Below, piece after piece: positions 47,561 to 58,679 of a stretch of DNA of 60,000 nt. A program made the position numbers and the translations under genes. The notes beneath the pieces were generated by a model. It worked only from the letters and a program-made list of their open reading frames with translations, was not told the DNA's origin and searched no databases. The first letter of the stretch is position 1. Every line of letters starts with the position of its first letter. This stretch comes from Lama guanicoe (taxonomy: Eukaryota): positions 684,001 to 744,000 of the forward strand of contig MU054338.1 in NCBI GenBank assembly GCA_013239625.1. Reading direction: 5' to 3'.

Positions 47561-49814
47561 CACCCTCTCTGTGTACAGTGGACTCTCGCCGCTGGGGTGC
47601 GTCTTTACTTGTGTCATCAGGATTCCAGTCTGTCCTCTGTGGGCACCTCGGTGTCCGGACTGTTGGCTCCAGGAGGTGGGAGCCACATTTCCAGCTTTCT
47701 TTCAGCTCCCACCTTCATCCCACAGACAGGCGCTGTTTCTGGAGAGTTCGGAGGGCACCGTCCTGCCGCCGTGGCCTTTCGTCTCCAGAGCAGCCTGGAG
47801 CTGCACCCCCAGCCAGTTCCAGAGGTGGCACCTTCGGGGAGCTCACCACTGCTGTCACTCAATTCCTGGCAGTTGCCAGGCCCCCGACGCCAGCGTGGAG
47901 TGTGGCAGGGTCGCGGCCGGGAACGGGCACTTCGTTTGAGGCCATGGCCTCCGAGGGGCAGAGCTGCTGCCTCCATCTTGCCTGGGGTCCCCTGTGTTCT
48001 GTCCTGGCTGCATTTTCAGAATGGCACTTTTCCGTCACCTCCTTTGGTCAGCAGTAGAATATTAACACCTCTGTTATCTGAACAAGGGCTGGGCACCGTC
48101 TCCCACGTAGGTGACGCCGGCCTTGACATGGGCTTCCTGAAGCACAGTGCAGAGTTTTAGATATGTGACAAGGCTTCTGTCCCCCAGAGCTGGGCCCTGG
48201 CAGTGGACACCCACAGTCCAGGCCCCCTGAGCTCCTCACTCGAGGGTCTGGGCGGAGGTGGCGTCCCGTGGACAGTGATGTCCGAAGGAACCTGTCGGGG
48301 GGACAGCCAGGGCTGCTCGGAGGCCCCCAGGTCTCCCGGAGAGATGGGAATTGGTCCTGACTCCAGCAGGGTGTCAGGGGGTGCAGAATCCACAACGCAG
48401 CTCCCCCAGGAGGAAGGGCCTGCCGCATCCCCAGCGCCCCCCACCCTGCCCCACAGGGGTCAAAGCCCGGCCCCCGGCACTGTGCCCTCGCACAGGCCTC
48501 CGCGCCCCCCACCACCCTGGGGAGAGAACTGATTTCTGGACCACTGCCCTCATTATTGTTTTTTCATGTATTTTTAAATTTTTCACTTAAAATAATTACA
48601 GGGTCTGGAAAGGTGCAAAGAAATGCACAAGCAGCCCTGGGAGTCTCAGAGCGCCCTTCACCCAGCCCCGCCGTGGTCACCTCCCGGGACTGAAGCGCCT
48701 CGCTCCTGGGCCCCAGAGGGCCAGACAGTAACCGGAGACCAGGGTGCCCGTGAGGAGGCCCGGGCAGTGGAGGGACTGGACACTGGACACCTAGATATCA
48801 GAGTGACCGGAGACCAGAGCACCTGCCAGGCACAGCATCAAATCCAGGGCAGGCCGCAGACGCCGTCCAGGAGCCCGTGAGGACCCGCCAGTTCCCTGCA
48901 CGCGTCTCTGTCTCCAGGCCACTGGATCACACGTGTGAATCTCTGTTCCGGGGGTCTCCTTACAGGAGGACACAGGCCCCCCACTGGGGGCCTGCCCTCA
49001 CCTGCCCGCCCCCCATCCTGAGAGCCACTTCTGCTCTGCCGCGAGCGCCCAGTGACAAGGCGGATCACTGAGCCGGCATGTAGCAGGCGCACTTTGGGTC
49101 CAAAGAAAGTTCTTTTATTACCTTTCCTCTGTTTCCCTCACTCCCTCATACCCTGCCGTAGGGCGCTGTTGCAAGCAGGTGTCAAAGCCCAGAATTTTCA
49201 CACAGACAAGAGGAAAAGGGCGTGTTTATGGAAACAGTCACAGCTCTGTTGTACCTCCGAGGCGGTGCGCGCTGGTAAGCGGTGACAGGGACATGCAGGC
49301 GGCTTAGCAGCCAGGCAGAGGGCGTTGGCGACTGACGTGCTCTCTCTGCCGAGGACGGAGGCCCCCTCGCTGACAAGGGGAGACGTTCCACCCAGACCTG
49401 GCGGCCTGGGAGGGGTGCACGCGTCCTCTTCCCAGCATCACCTGGAAGCTCGACGGTTCCTTCAGCAGTCGTCACTCGGACGTGCAGTTGTGGGGTGTTG
49501 AGTTTTTTATCGATCAGCTTCACAGTCTGACGATGAAACCCGATGTTTAGGGAGACCGGCCATTCGGACGCCGTCCCGCTGCGTTTTGCTAAGATTGCAA
49601 AGTGAAAGCATTGGGTCTTTGTGAACAACGTGGAAAGCCTAGATGCGCCCTGGCTCCTGTCACAAGCTGCGTCAACTGAAATGCTAAACGCTGGTGGTTT
49701 TCGTCTCTTAACCAGATCCGTGACGGCCTGTTCTGTCCAATGACGGACGTGTGCGGACGCGAAGTAGAACCCAAGCCTCAAAAGGGCCGCAGCGTCTGGG
49801 GGTGGAGGGAAGGG

Positions 49815-50080
49815 AGTCCGTGTTTAACAGGGACAGGGTTTCAGTTGCGGGGGTGGCGAGTTCTGGGGGCGGATGGCGCTGCTGGTCACACACAGTGTGA
49901 ACGTGCTTACTGCCGCTGAGCTGTGCATTTAGATAGTAAATTTAGATCAGGTCTGTTTTTTTTTTAAATTTCTTATTTTTTAAGAGAGGCACTGGGGATT
50001 GAACCCAGGACCTCGTGTGCACTGAGCAAGCGCTCCACCACTGAGCCACCTCCCCGAGATCAGGTGTGTCTTAACACGGG
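49815..50080 (+). mobile_element. L1MB-like 3' end interrupted by a SINE
   Basis: GTGTTTAACAGGGACAGGGTTTCAGTT...GTGTGAACGTGCTTACTGCCGCTGAGCTGTGCATTTA. Confidence 0.65.
49957..50055 (-). mobile_element. tRNA-Ala-derived SINE (short Vic-1-like)
   Basis: CTGGGGATTGAACCCAGGACCTCG...CCACTGAGCCACCTCCCC; TSD AGATCAGGT(c/g)TGT at 49944-49956 and 50057-50069. Confidence 0.88.
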
Positions 50081-50949
50081 TTTGGAAAACTGCCCCGTGT
50101 GAGAACGAGACAGAAATAAACAACCCTTCAAGTGCACTTGGAATCCACACCATGGAAGCAAGGTGCATCTGCCCAGGGGGATGGAGGCGACAGGTCGTGT
50201 CCCCGGTGCACAGCGTGACTCCCAGTGCTTCAGCACTTCTGAGTCCTTCATGCCGCGGCTGGCAGTGGCTGCGAGGTTCTTGGTGACTCAGAAAGGCAGA
50301 GTCCTTATTCTGCTCAGTGCGTCTTGGGTGGAACCGAAACTCAGGGTTGGGATGACCCTGAGAAATCTGGGTCCTGGGAGCCAGGTGGAGCGCCCGCGTG
50401 GACCCTGGGGGAACGGACGGCGCGGTCGTGTGGGGGTCGGCGCTGTGTCCGTGTGGACGAGTTGCAGACAAAGAAGAAAGTTACTACCTGGAACAATGTG
50501 AGATAATGTGCTAGAGGACCTTGAAGAAAACAAATAAAAGACGGCTGTAGACTACCCACGTCTGGGAGAAGAACAAGGAAACAGGAAAAGGAAGAAAACA
50601 AACCCTCACAGCGGCGCTTTTTTGAAATGCAGATGACACCGTGCAGCCTGCCCTGAGATGCCTGAGAGTTAAAATGAAAGGCTTTTTAACAAAATCAAAG
50701 GCAAACAGGATGGAAACTCAACGGGGCCTAATCCTTGACTCTTTGTTGGAGAGACACGGCGGCGCGCGGCCCTCTCCCGGTCCAGGACGCCGGATCTCCG
50801 CGGCTGGATGACACCGCCCCGGGAGAGCCGCCGGCCGGGCCGCGCTCCCGGCGGGGTGTCCGTCGCCCCCGACCCCAGCCGTGAACGCGCCAGGAAGCAC
50901 CCACACGGGATGGGCGATGCTTGCCTGTAGGGACGGATTTCAAGAAAAA

Positions 50950-51735
50950 CGTCTCACTGTGGTAAAATGTACGTAACATTAAATGTACCGTTTAAATTTT
51001 TTTTTTTATTTTTTAAAATTTTATTTATTTACTTTTTTTAACAGAGGTACCAGGGATTGAACCCTGGACCTCATGCATGCTAAGCACACACTCTACAGCT
51101 GAGCTATAACCTGCCCCCTCCAAAATGTGTCATTTTAAGTGCACAGCTCAGTGGCATTAAGTACTTTCACACTGTTGTGCAACCCTCCCCACCACCATCT
51201 CCAGGACTTTCTCATCTTCCCAAACTGCAACTCTGTCTCCATGAAACCCTCACTCCCCAGCCCCTCCCCCAGCCCCGGCCTCACCTTCTCCTCTCTGTCT
51301 CTGTGGATGTGACTCCTCCAGGGACCTCCTGTGAGTGGACTCAGACAGTGTGTGTCCTTCTGGGTCTGGTTCTCTCACTGAGCACCACGTCCTCAAGGTC
51401 CATCCACGTGGTAGCACGTGCTGGAATCTCCTTGCTTTGTGAGGCTGAGTTACACTCTGTTGTGTGGACCACATCTTGTTTATCACCCACCGATGGACAC
51501 TTGGGCGCCTTCCATCTTTTGGCTGTTGGGAATCACGCTGCTGTGAACACAGGTGTGCAAATACCTCTTCGAGTCCCTACTCTCTCTTCTTTTGGGTGTG
51601 TACCCAGGAGTGGGACTGCTGGAGCATGTGGTGATTCTATGTTTAAATTTCTGAGGACCCTGCGGACTGTTTCCACATTCCCGCGAGCCGTGCGTGAGGG
51701 TTTGTTTCCTCACATCCTCACCAACTCATTACTTC
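50950..51735 (-). mobile_element. L1MB-like 3' end relic, copy G (with nested SINE)
   Basis: TGTGGTAAAATGTACGTAACATTAAA...GTGGCATTAAGTACTTTCAC...GATTCTATGTTTAAATTTCTGAGG. Confidence 0.85.
50996..51121 (-). mobile_element. tRNA-Ala-derived SINE (Vic-1-like)
   Basis: GGGATTGAACCCTGGACCTCATGCATGCTAAGCA...GAGCTATA preceded by a T-rich tail. Confidence 0.88.
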
Positions 51736-51739
51736 CTGT

Positions 51740-51905
51740 GTTTTTCTTTTCTTTCTTTCTTTCTTTTTTTTAATAGAAGGATAGTTGACTTACAATGTTG
51801 TGTTACTTTCTGGTGTACAGCACAGTGATTCAGTCATACAAACGTATACATATTCCTTTTCATGTTCTTTTTCATTATAGGTCATTACAAGATATTGAAT
51901 ATGGA
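51740..51905 (-). mobile_element. Artiodactyl-type L1 3' end
   Basis: Poly-T tail then TAGTTGACTTACAATGTTGTGTT...GTGATTCAGT...CATTATAGGTCATTACAAGATATTGAATAT. Confidence 0.75.
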
Positions 51906-51914
51906 AATTTGCAC

Positions 51915-52075
51915 CCCTTGGGGAGTGATGGAAATGTTAGCTGCCTTGATTGTGGTGGTGGTTTCATGGGTGTAGACATCTATCAGAATTCATCAAAGTG
52001 TACATCTGAAATATGTGGTTTAGTGTACAGGAACCATGCCACAGTAAAGGCGTTAAAACAAATAAATAAATTTCA
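51915..52075 (+). mobile_element. L1MC/ME-like 3' end
   Basis: GGGAGTGATGGAAATGTT...CTTGATTGTGGTGGTGGTTTCATGGGTGTA. Confidence 0.65.
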
Positions 52076-52399
52076 GAAAACCCAAATCTTTAACACAGAA
52101 AATTATGAAATCTGCAGAAAATGACTGAGGAAAAAAACCCCCAAGATACTATGACCCCCTGCGCTGCACGAAGGGCCTCGTTGTGCACCTGTTTTACTTA
52201 GAGCGCCTGCGTCTTCCTTCTGGTGCTGTTGTTGATAGCTGCCGTCCTAACGGGTGTGAGATGGTCTGTGTTTCTGAGCTGTGCTTTGGTGATGTCATCG
52301 TGCTCGATGTTTCTGGTACTTATAAAGGCAGGCTGGAAATACGTCAAACTGGTGTCAGAAAGCCGGGCAGTTTTCTTCTTAGTCCACTGTCCACAACTG

Positions 52400-52600
52400 C
52401 GATTTTTTTCAATGGTTTCAAGCCCTACCCATCGACTCAGTGTCCTGGAGGTCAGGAGTCTAACGGGGGTCGCAGGAGGCTAAGATCCAGGCGTGGGCAG
52501 GGCTGCGTCTCTCTCTCTCTCTCTAGGCTCCAGGGGAGAGTCTGTTTTGTGCCTTTTCTAGCTTCTAGAGGCGCTGCATCTTTGGCTGGTGACCGACCCA
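52400..52600 (-). mobile_element. MLT1 LTR fragment
   Basis: CTGGAGGTCAGGAGTCTAA...GGCTCCAGGGGAGAGTCTG...TCTAGCTTCTAGAGG. Confidence 0.6.
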
Positions 52601-53199
52601 CTTCAACGCCGAGTCGCAGGAGTCATCTATGGATGTGATCTATGTTGTGTTCAGACACCTGGGCCAGGCACCCCAGCTGCTGCCCCATTAGCTTTTCATC
52701 CAATGAGCTAGTCTGGTGCCAGGACAGCCATGTGGATGGCACGCTGAGTTCAGCGAGGACTGAACTTCCACGTGCCAAGTGCGCTCGGCTGGTGGCTGAT
52801 GTGTGTGGCTCGATGTATCTGGGGTTCAGAGAGGAAGGTCTTGGGCGAAGAGGAGAACCAAGCTCTGTTTGCCAAAATCAGATTCAGGATGCCAGGAGAA
52901 GGTGGAGGGAGAAAGATGGGGTGGGCAGACGTCGGGAGCAGGTGCAGGGTGCCTAGTGCTGACCCCTGGCTCTCCCCGCCTCCTGCTGCAGCCCTGCCCC
53001 AAGAGCAGCGCTAAACAAGGGGCAGTTCTGGAGGAGGCCTGCTGCTGTGAGGGTCACCTCCCTCTTCTTCTGTCCAAACACCAGGTGGTGAGCACGTACC
53101 GGGTGCAGGCCCAGGGCTCCTCCTGAGGACACCCCCCGGGAGCGGGCTGACCCAGGCACGGCTACTTACAGGCCTATGGGCAGGGATGCAATTAGTCTG

Positions 53200-53400
53200 T
53201 GGCCTTGGGCCTCACCTGAGGGAGATTCTGCTCCCCTGGGACACCGGGCCACGTCTGGGGACATCTGTGGCTGTCATGATTGGGGGACTCCTCGCATCGA
53301 GGGATTCAGGGTCAGGGATGCTGAACCACACCCCGCAGTGCCCACGGCCCTCCTTCTGGGAGAATGACCGGCCTCCGAGTCAGCAGTGCTTCACGGGCAG
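53200..53400 (+). mobile_element. MER20 relic
   Basis: GATTCTGCTCCCCTGGGACAC...GTCTGGGGACATCTGTGGCTGTCA...CAGGGATGCTGAACCACACCC. Confidence 0.7.
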
Positions 53401-53664
53401 GTGGGGACCCTACTCTAGCCTTAAAGCTGGTCAGTGCATGATTCAGTCAGTGCAGAAAAGGGCGCACGGCTCCTTTACCGTGGTCAGCGAAGCCATGGAC
53501 GAGGCCTGAAGGACAAGTTCAGAGTCTGGCCTCCTGGGACAGCTGGCACTGGGGCAGCTGTGGGGATTGGGGTCAATATGGTGTGGCCAAGAACAGATGA
53601 CCCCTTGGGGCTTGGAGGGAGGCCAACTCAGATCACGGAAAGGCTAGCACTATGGAGATGGTCT

Positions 53665-53990
53665 TAAATTTTTTTACTTTTTCAGTCTTTTTAAAATTTA
53701 AATTAAAAAAAATTTTAAATTGAAGTCTAGTCAATTTACAACGTGTTTTTTGGTCTACAGTTTAGTGATTCAGTTATACATTACACATTCTTTTTCAGAT
53801 TCTTTTTCATGATAGCTTATTATGAGCTATTGAATATAGTTCCCTGTGCTGTATCGTAGGTCTCTCCTTTTTTAATCTGTTTTATAATCAGTAGTTCGTA
53901 TCTGCTAATCCCAAACTCCTAATTCATTCCTATCCACCTCCCCTTTGGTAACCGTAAGTTTGTTTCCTATGTCTGTGATTTTCCATCTTT
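53665..53990 (-). mobile_element. Artiodactyl-type L1 3' end
   Basis: AATTGAAGTCTAGTCAATTTACAA...TATTGAATATAGTTCCCTGTGCT...TATCTGCTAATCCCAAACTCCTAATT...CCCCTTTGGTAACC. Confidence 0.85.
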
Positions 53991-54874
53991 TTTAAAAAAA
54001 AGAACAATACAAAAGCAATGCAGACCCAAGGCACCCAAACAGAGCTAAGGGGCCTGAGGGGGCTGCCGCCCCTCTCCCGGGTCCCCATGCCGCTGTCAGG
54101 CTGACAGGGGACCTGGGTGCCTAGGGCTCTGTGGTGTTAGTAGCCGGTTCTCTCTCCTGGGGTTGGCTGTGACCTGCGGGCTTCTCCCACAGGCACGTTG
54201 ACGCTCACCTGTGTTGGCCGCTGTGAACTGCACGCCTGCTGAGTGCTGGCCAGGGCACCTGGGGGCCTGGCTCTGGCCTGGCAGTCTCGGGGCCATGCAG
54301 GCCGGTCCTCCGCTTTAGCTGAGCTGGTCCAGCTCCGCAAGGGTCTGGCCAATCTTGCCTCATGGCTTGGGGTCCACAAGCGGATGTCGAAGTCCCTGAC
54401 CCCTACCTGCTCCATCTGTCTCCCCGCTGTCTGCCGTCTGTCTGTCTCCTGATCTCCGTGGGTCCCCACCGCTCGTGGCTCCTCTCTCCTCCCAGACTGC
54501 AGCTGTGTTTCTCATGCAGAGGAGTTCAGCGACTCCCCCCACAGGCCCTTTCAGCTCGCATCCTCGGGGCCTCCCTCGCCATTCCCAGTATAAATTAAGG
54601 TATTTTCCTAAGCAAGCCCAGTTGCGTCTCTAAAATAGAGTTCTGGTGCCAGCTGGGAAAATTACTTTTTTCCCCATCCATCCTCTGCGATACAGTAACA
54701 AATGACACACCATCTCTCGTTGGCAGGAGGTCAGCGTCTGAGGGGAGACGAGGGTGTAGACAAATAATTACATTACAGAGTTAATCAGCAAGGCTTCGTG
54801 AGGTAGTGCTGCAGAGACAAACATCCCGCAGCTCAGTCTCTATGAATCACTGAGACTCATTTCTCACATACGCT

Positions 54875-55205
54875 AGCAGGACTCGGTTCGATGTCGTTCC
54901 CCCGGAATTCATGCCCACCCAGAACTCCAGAATGTGACCTTACTTACAAATAGTTTTTTGCTGACGAAATGAGCTGAGATAAAGTTGTACTGGACTAGGG
55001 TGGGTCCTAAATCCAACAACGGGTGTCCTCATGAGGACACAGGGATGCCTGGAAGGGGAAAAGGCCACATGAAGATGGAGGCAGGGAAGGGAGGGGTGTG
55101 TCTCCAAGCCAAGGACTGCCCCAAGACAGGCAGGCCAGCCCACGTCTTGAACTCAAACTTCTCCAGAATTGTCAAATTGTAAGCATCATTGTTTGCAGCC
55201 ACAAG
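54875..55205 (+). mobile_element. MLT1 LTR
   Basis: CAGAATGTGACCTTA...AGGGTGGGTCCTAAATCCAA...GGCCACATGAAGATGGAGGCAG...CAAGCCAAGGA. Confidence 0.75.
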
Positions 55206-55659
55206 AGCCTGTCTGCCTGCCGTCAACCAGAGTTGGCAGGGTTCCTGTGTGTGTCACCACCCTTCTTGCTCTTGGGCCCGGCTGGCGGGGCAGCCAGTAT
55301 CAGGAGCAGAGCTGGTCCCCCGAGTGGACATAAAGGGGACAAGGGGACATGTATGCTGGCCCTGGCGTTTCATTAGCCAAAGCAAGTGCCCCGGCCATGC
55401 CTGCATCGAGTAGGGCAGGGTGTGGCCCAGGGAGGAGAGAACCGTGCAGATGGGCACAGTGCAGTGACCTCCAGGCTTTAGCTACAGACCGGCTATGGGC
55501 TCAGAGGGAGAGGCAGCTCCCCGGGCTGGGCTCCCTGGGAGGGTTTCATGAAACCTGAGCTGGGACTGGAGGGGGAAGCAGCTGGGAGAGCAGGGAACCT
55601 ACACGGAGGCGGCGGGAGGCGGAACTTGGGAACCCCCCTCGGTGGACCAAGGGACGCCT

Positions 55660-56130
55660 GTGTATTGTCTTCTGCCGCGATGCTGCCAATTGCCACAAAC
55701 AGCGGCTTCAGACAGCGCCTTCTGAGCGTTTCTGTGTCCCGGGAGCCCGGGCACGTGTGGTGGGTGTTCCGCCGGGGTTTCTGGGTGGCTACCCAGCTGT
55801 TGGCCGGGGCTGTGTTGCATCCAAGGCTGGGCCTTGTCTGCTCACAGGCTGTGGCAGATTCCTTTCCTGGAAGCTGTGTAACTTGAAGCATCTTCCTTCT
55901 GCACGGCCCACAGGAGAGCCTCCATGAGGTCAGGAGGAGCCCAGTCCCCTTCCACTTCTAGCGGGCTCCCCTGCTCAGGCCAGCTCACCCAGGATAAACC
56001 CCCTTTTGATGAATGGCAGGTGAACTAATTAGGGACCTTTGTTCTACCAGGGAAACTCCTTTGCCAGAGTATCGTGCGATCAGAGCGTGACACCCATCAC
56101 ATCCAGGTCCTACGCACTCTGAAGGGTACA
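55660..56130 (-). mobile_element. MLT1 LTR
   Basis: AATTGCCACAAACAGCGGCTTCAGACAGC...CCCAGGATAAACCCCCTTTTGATGAA...TAATTAGGGACCTT. Confidence 0.6.
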
Positions 56131-56569
56131 AGTCCCCGGGACTGGCTGGGACGCTGCCTGCCACACGGTGAAGATGCTGACAGCATGTGGGACGCTGGGT
56201 GGGGAATGGCCGGCAGGCCAGTGGCATGACAGCCAGAGGTGTGGCCGCTGGCTGCTCGCACCTGAGGTCTAGGCAGGAGCGATTTAGTACACAGTGCCAG
56301 CCTCCCCTCTATTTTACATGTTATGGGTAAGGGTCCTGGGTAAGAAAAACGTTGCTCAGGGCTACGCAGGGCTTCCTGGCACAGTCCATTGGGCAGCCCC
56401 ACTGTCCCCTGCGTCACTCACTGAGCTGTTTGGGACCCCACCGTGGGGCACTGCTCCCCACAGGCTGCACCTGCTTTACCACTCTGGCCACAGGGAAAAG
56501 GCAGTGACCCCGGGGAGTCTCCGTGAGACAGGGAAATCAGGGGGTTATCGGGCACGTGCACTGCCTGGA

Positions 56570-57005
56570 ACACTGCCAGTAACAGAAAGGAACAGGCCTG
56601 ATACACGCCTGAGGCTCAGACATCTCTCCAGGGCGCTGTGCTGAGTGGGAGCAGCAGCTCCAGGGCTCCAGGCGGCACGGTTGCGTCTGCAGAACATTCC
56701 CATGGTGACAGGGACAGAGAAGAGTCGGGGTGCCCGGGGGGGCGTGGCAGTGGGGTGGGGGTCTGTCGGGAGCTCTCTGTGGGGACAGAGACGCCCCGTA
56801 TCTTGATGGGCAGTGGTTACGGGAGGGACTCTACACACACAATGCAGTGACTCAGAAATACACACACACACTCACACACACTGTATCCACGTCACTGGCC
56901 TGGTTTTGATATTATGCTACAGTTATATAAGCTATAACCATTGGAAGAAGCTGGGTGACAGGTACAAGGGATCTCTCTATACATTTTTGCAAAATTAGAA
57001 AATAA
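56570..57005 (+). mobile_element. L1MC-like 3' end, copy I, with a (CA)n run at about 56860-56882
   Basis: TGGTTTTGATATTATGCTACAGTTAT...CATTGGAAGAAGCTGGGTGA...TACAAGGGATCTCTCTATACATTTTTGCAA. Confidence 0.75.
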
Positions 57006-57289
57006 AAACCAAAACCTTCCAAGGCACACCCAAGCCCTGAGGAACTCCCCTGCTCCCATCATCCCCACCCTGGTCCTGGCCTCACTAAGTTCCTCTGCCA
57101 AGCTGGGCTTTCTGCCACCACAGGGCCTTTGCACAGCTCCCTGAGCTCTGAAAGCCCATTCAAACATCAGGTTTCAGGGTTACATCTATGTCTCTGACCC
57201 CCGCCCACATGCAGACAAGGCTGTCTCTGTGTGGCTCTCACAGCCCTGCACTCCGCTGGTGTTACCTTCGTCAGAACCTGTGTTTATTT

Positions 57290-57410
57290 TACGATGCAGT
57301 GGTTGACAGCCTGGACTCTGGAGCCACATTACCTGTTTCAAACTTCAGCTCTTAGATAAGTGACTTAACCTTTTTCCCTCTTAGTTTCCTTGTCTGTAAA
57401 ACAGGTTGTC
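57290..57410 (+). mobile_element. MIR SINE
   Basis: GCAGTGGTTGACAGCCTGGACTCTGGAGCCA...AAGTGACTTAACC...TAGTTTCCTTGTCTGTAAAA. Confidence 0.7.
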
Positions 57411-57419
57411 AACGAATGT

Positions 57420-57810
57420 CTGCTGGTGTAATCCTCTCCTCTGATATCTGAGCTGCCCTGTGACTCGGTTTCACCAAGAGAACACAGAGGGTGTGAGGCG
57501 GTTCCAGTTTCGAGCCTGAAACTTCTTCAGGACTGGCCGTGTCCAGCGCTGTGCTCTTGGGAACCTGGAGCAGCCATGCGAGAAGTGAGCTGGCTTCCTG
57601 CTGGAGTGAGGGGACAGGCCTGCGGGCCCAGGGAGAGATGCACACCCGGCAGGCGCAGGCTCCACCAACTGCCCGTGAACATAAGCACAAACGAGGCCAC
57701 TGGCGAGGCCAGCAGAACCATGGGCCGAACCCAGGCCTTACAGCTCTGCGGGCCAGCGAGATGGGCGGTTTCAGCTAACGGGCCGTGTGGCGCTTTGTTG
57801 CCATGAAAAC
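57420..57810 (+). mobile_element. Old MLT1-type LTR fragment
   Basis: CTGTGACTCGGTTTCACCAA...CCAGTTTCGAGCCT...GCTCTTGGGAACC...GCCATG. Confidence 0.5.
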
Positions 57811-58279
57811 CAACACAGTGGGGCTCAGTGTGATACCAACCTTTCAGGGCTCTTGCATTAAATAACTAATTTTATTATTAGCTGATTATTATAAAGTGCT
57901 CATAGTAGTGCCATTAACAGTGGTCCAGTGTTGTGATTTCACTAAATGTCTTCTCCATCAGGCTGTGTTCTCTGTGTGCTGTTTTCCTCACCACTGTATG
58001 CCCAGTTCCTGTCACCGAGCAGTCACTCAAGTATTTGCTTAAAGAATAAATCTATACCCCAAATCATCCAGACTCACAGTTGCACGAAAGGCGCCACTTC
58101 TAAAGCCGTACAAATGATGGGCAGACTTGCCAACAGAACATCCTTTAACAAGATCCATTCTTCTCGGAAGTCTGTTGTGGCTTCAACTAAAATCTTTCTC
58201 CTTCTACTGGGAACGAATCATACACATTTTCTCTTGTTATTCAAGACATTAAAAAAAATAGCTTCCATCGCATTTTAGC

Positions 58280-58640
58280 TAACCCCTTCTCTATTGTTGG
58301 ACACTTAGGCGACTCCTGATGTTTTCCACGATCTGAATAATGCTGCAGAAGACATAGCTGCACGCTCGTCTTTGTGCACATCTGATTATTTATCCTCAAG
58401 ATAAATCCCTGGAAGTGGAAATTGCCGGGTTGGAGGGTCTGAAACATTTCCAAGGCGTCTGACAGATAACGTCAAGTTGCTTTCCAGAAAGGTACCAATT
58501 GCCGCGTCCCAGCGGCCGGAAAGGCTACCGCCCATCTCCTACCCTGCGCGGGGGCCGGTGGAACGATGTCTTCCATCTGCGCTAATTTGATGATGGGTGA
58601 AAACATATTAAGTGTGTCACCGAACCATGAACCAAATCAA
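58280..58640 (-). mobile_element. L1ME-like fragment
   Basis: CTATTGTTGGACACTTAGG...AATAATGCTGCA...GATAAATCCCTGGAAGTGGAATTG...TTGCTTTCCAGAAAGGT. Confidence 0.65.
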
Positions 58641-58679
58641 AGATTAAAACGTATTTACACGCGCACACACACCTGGTGA

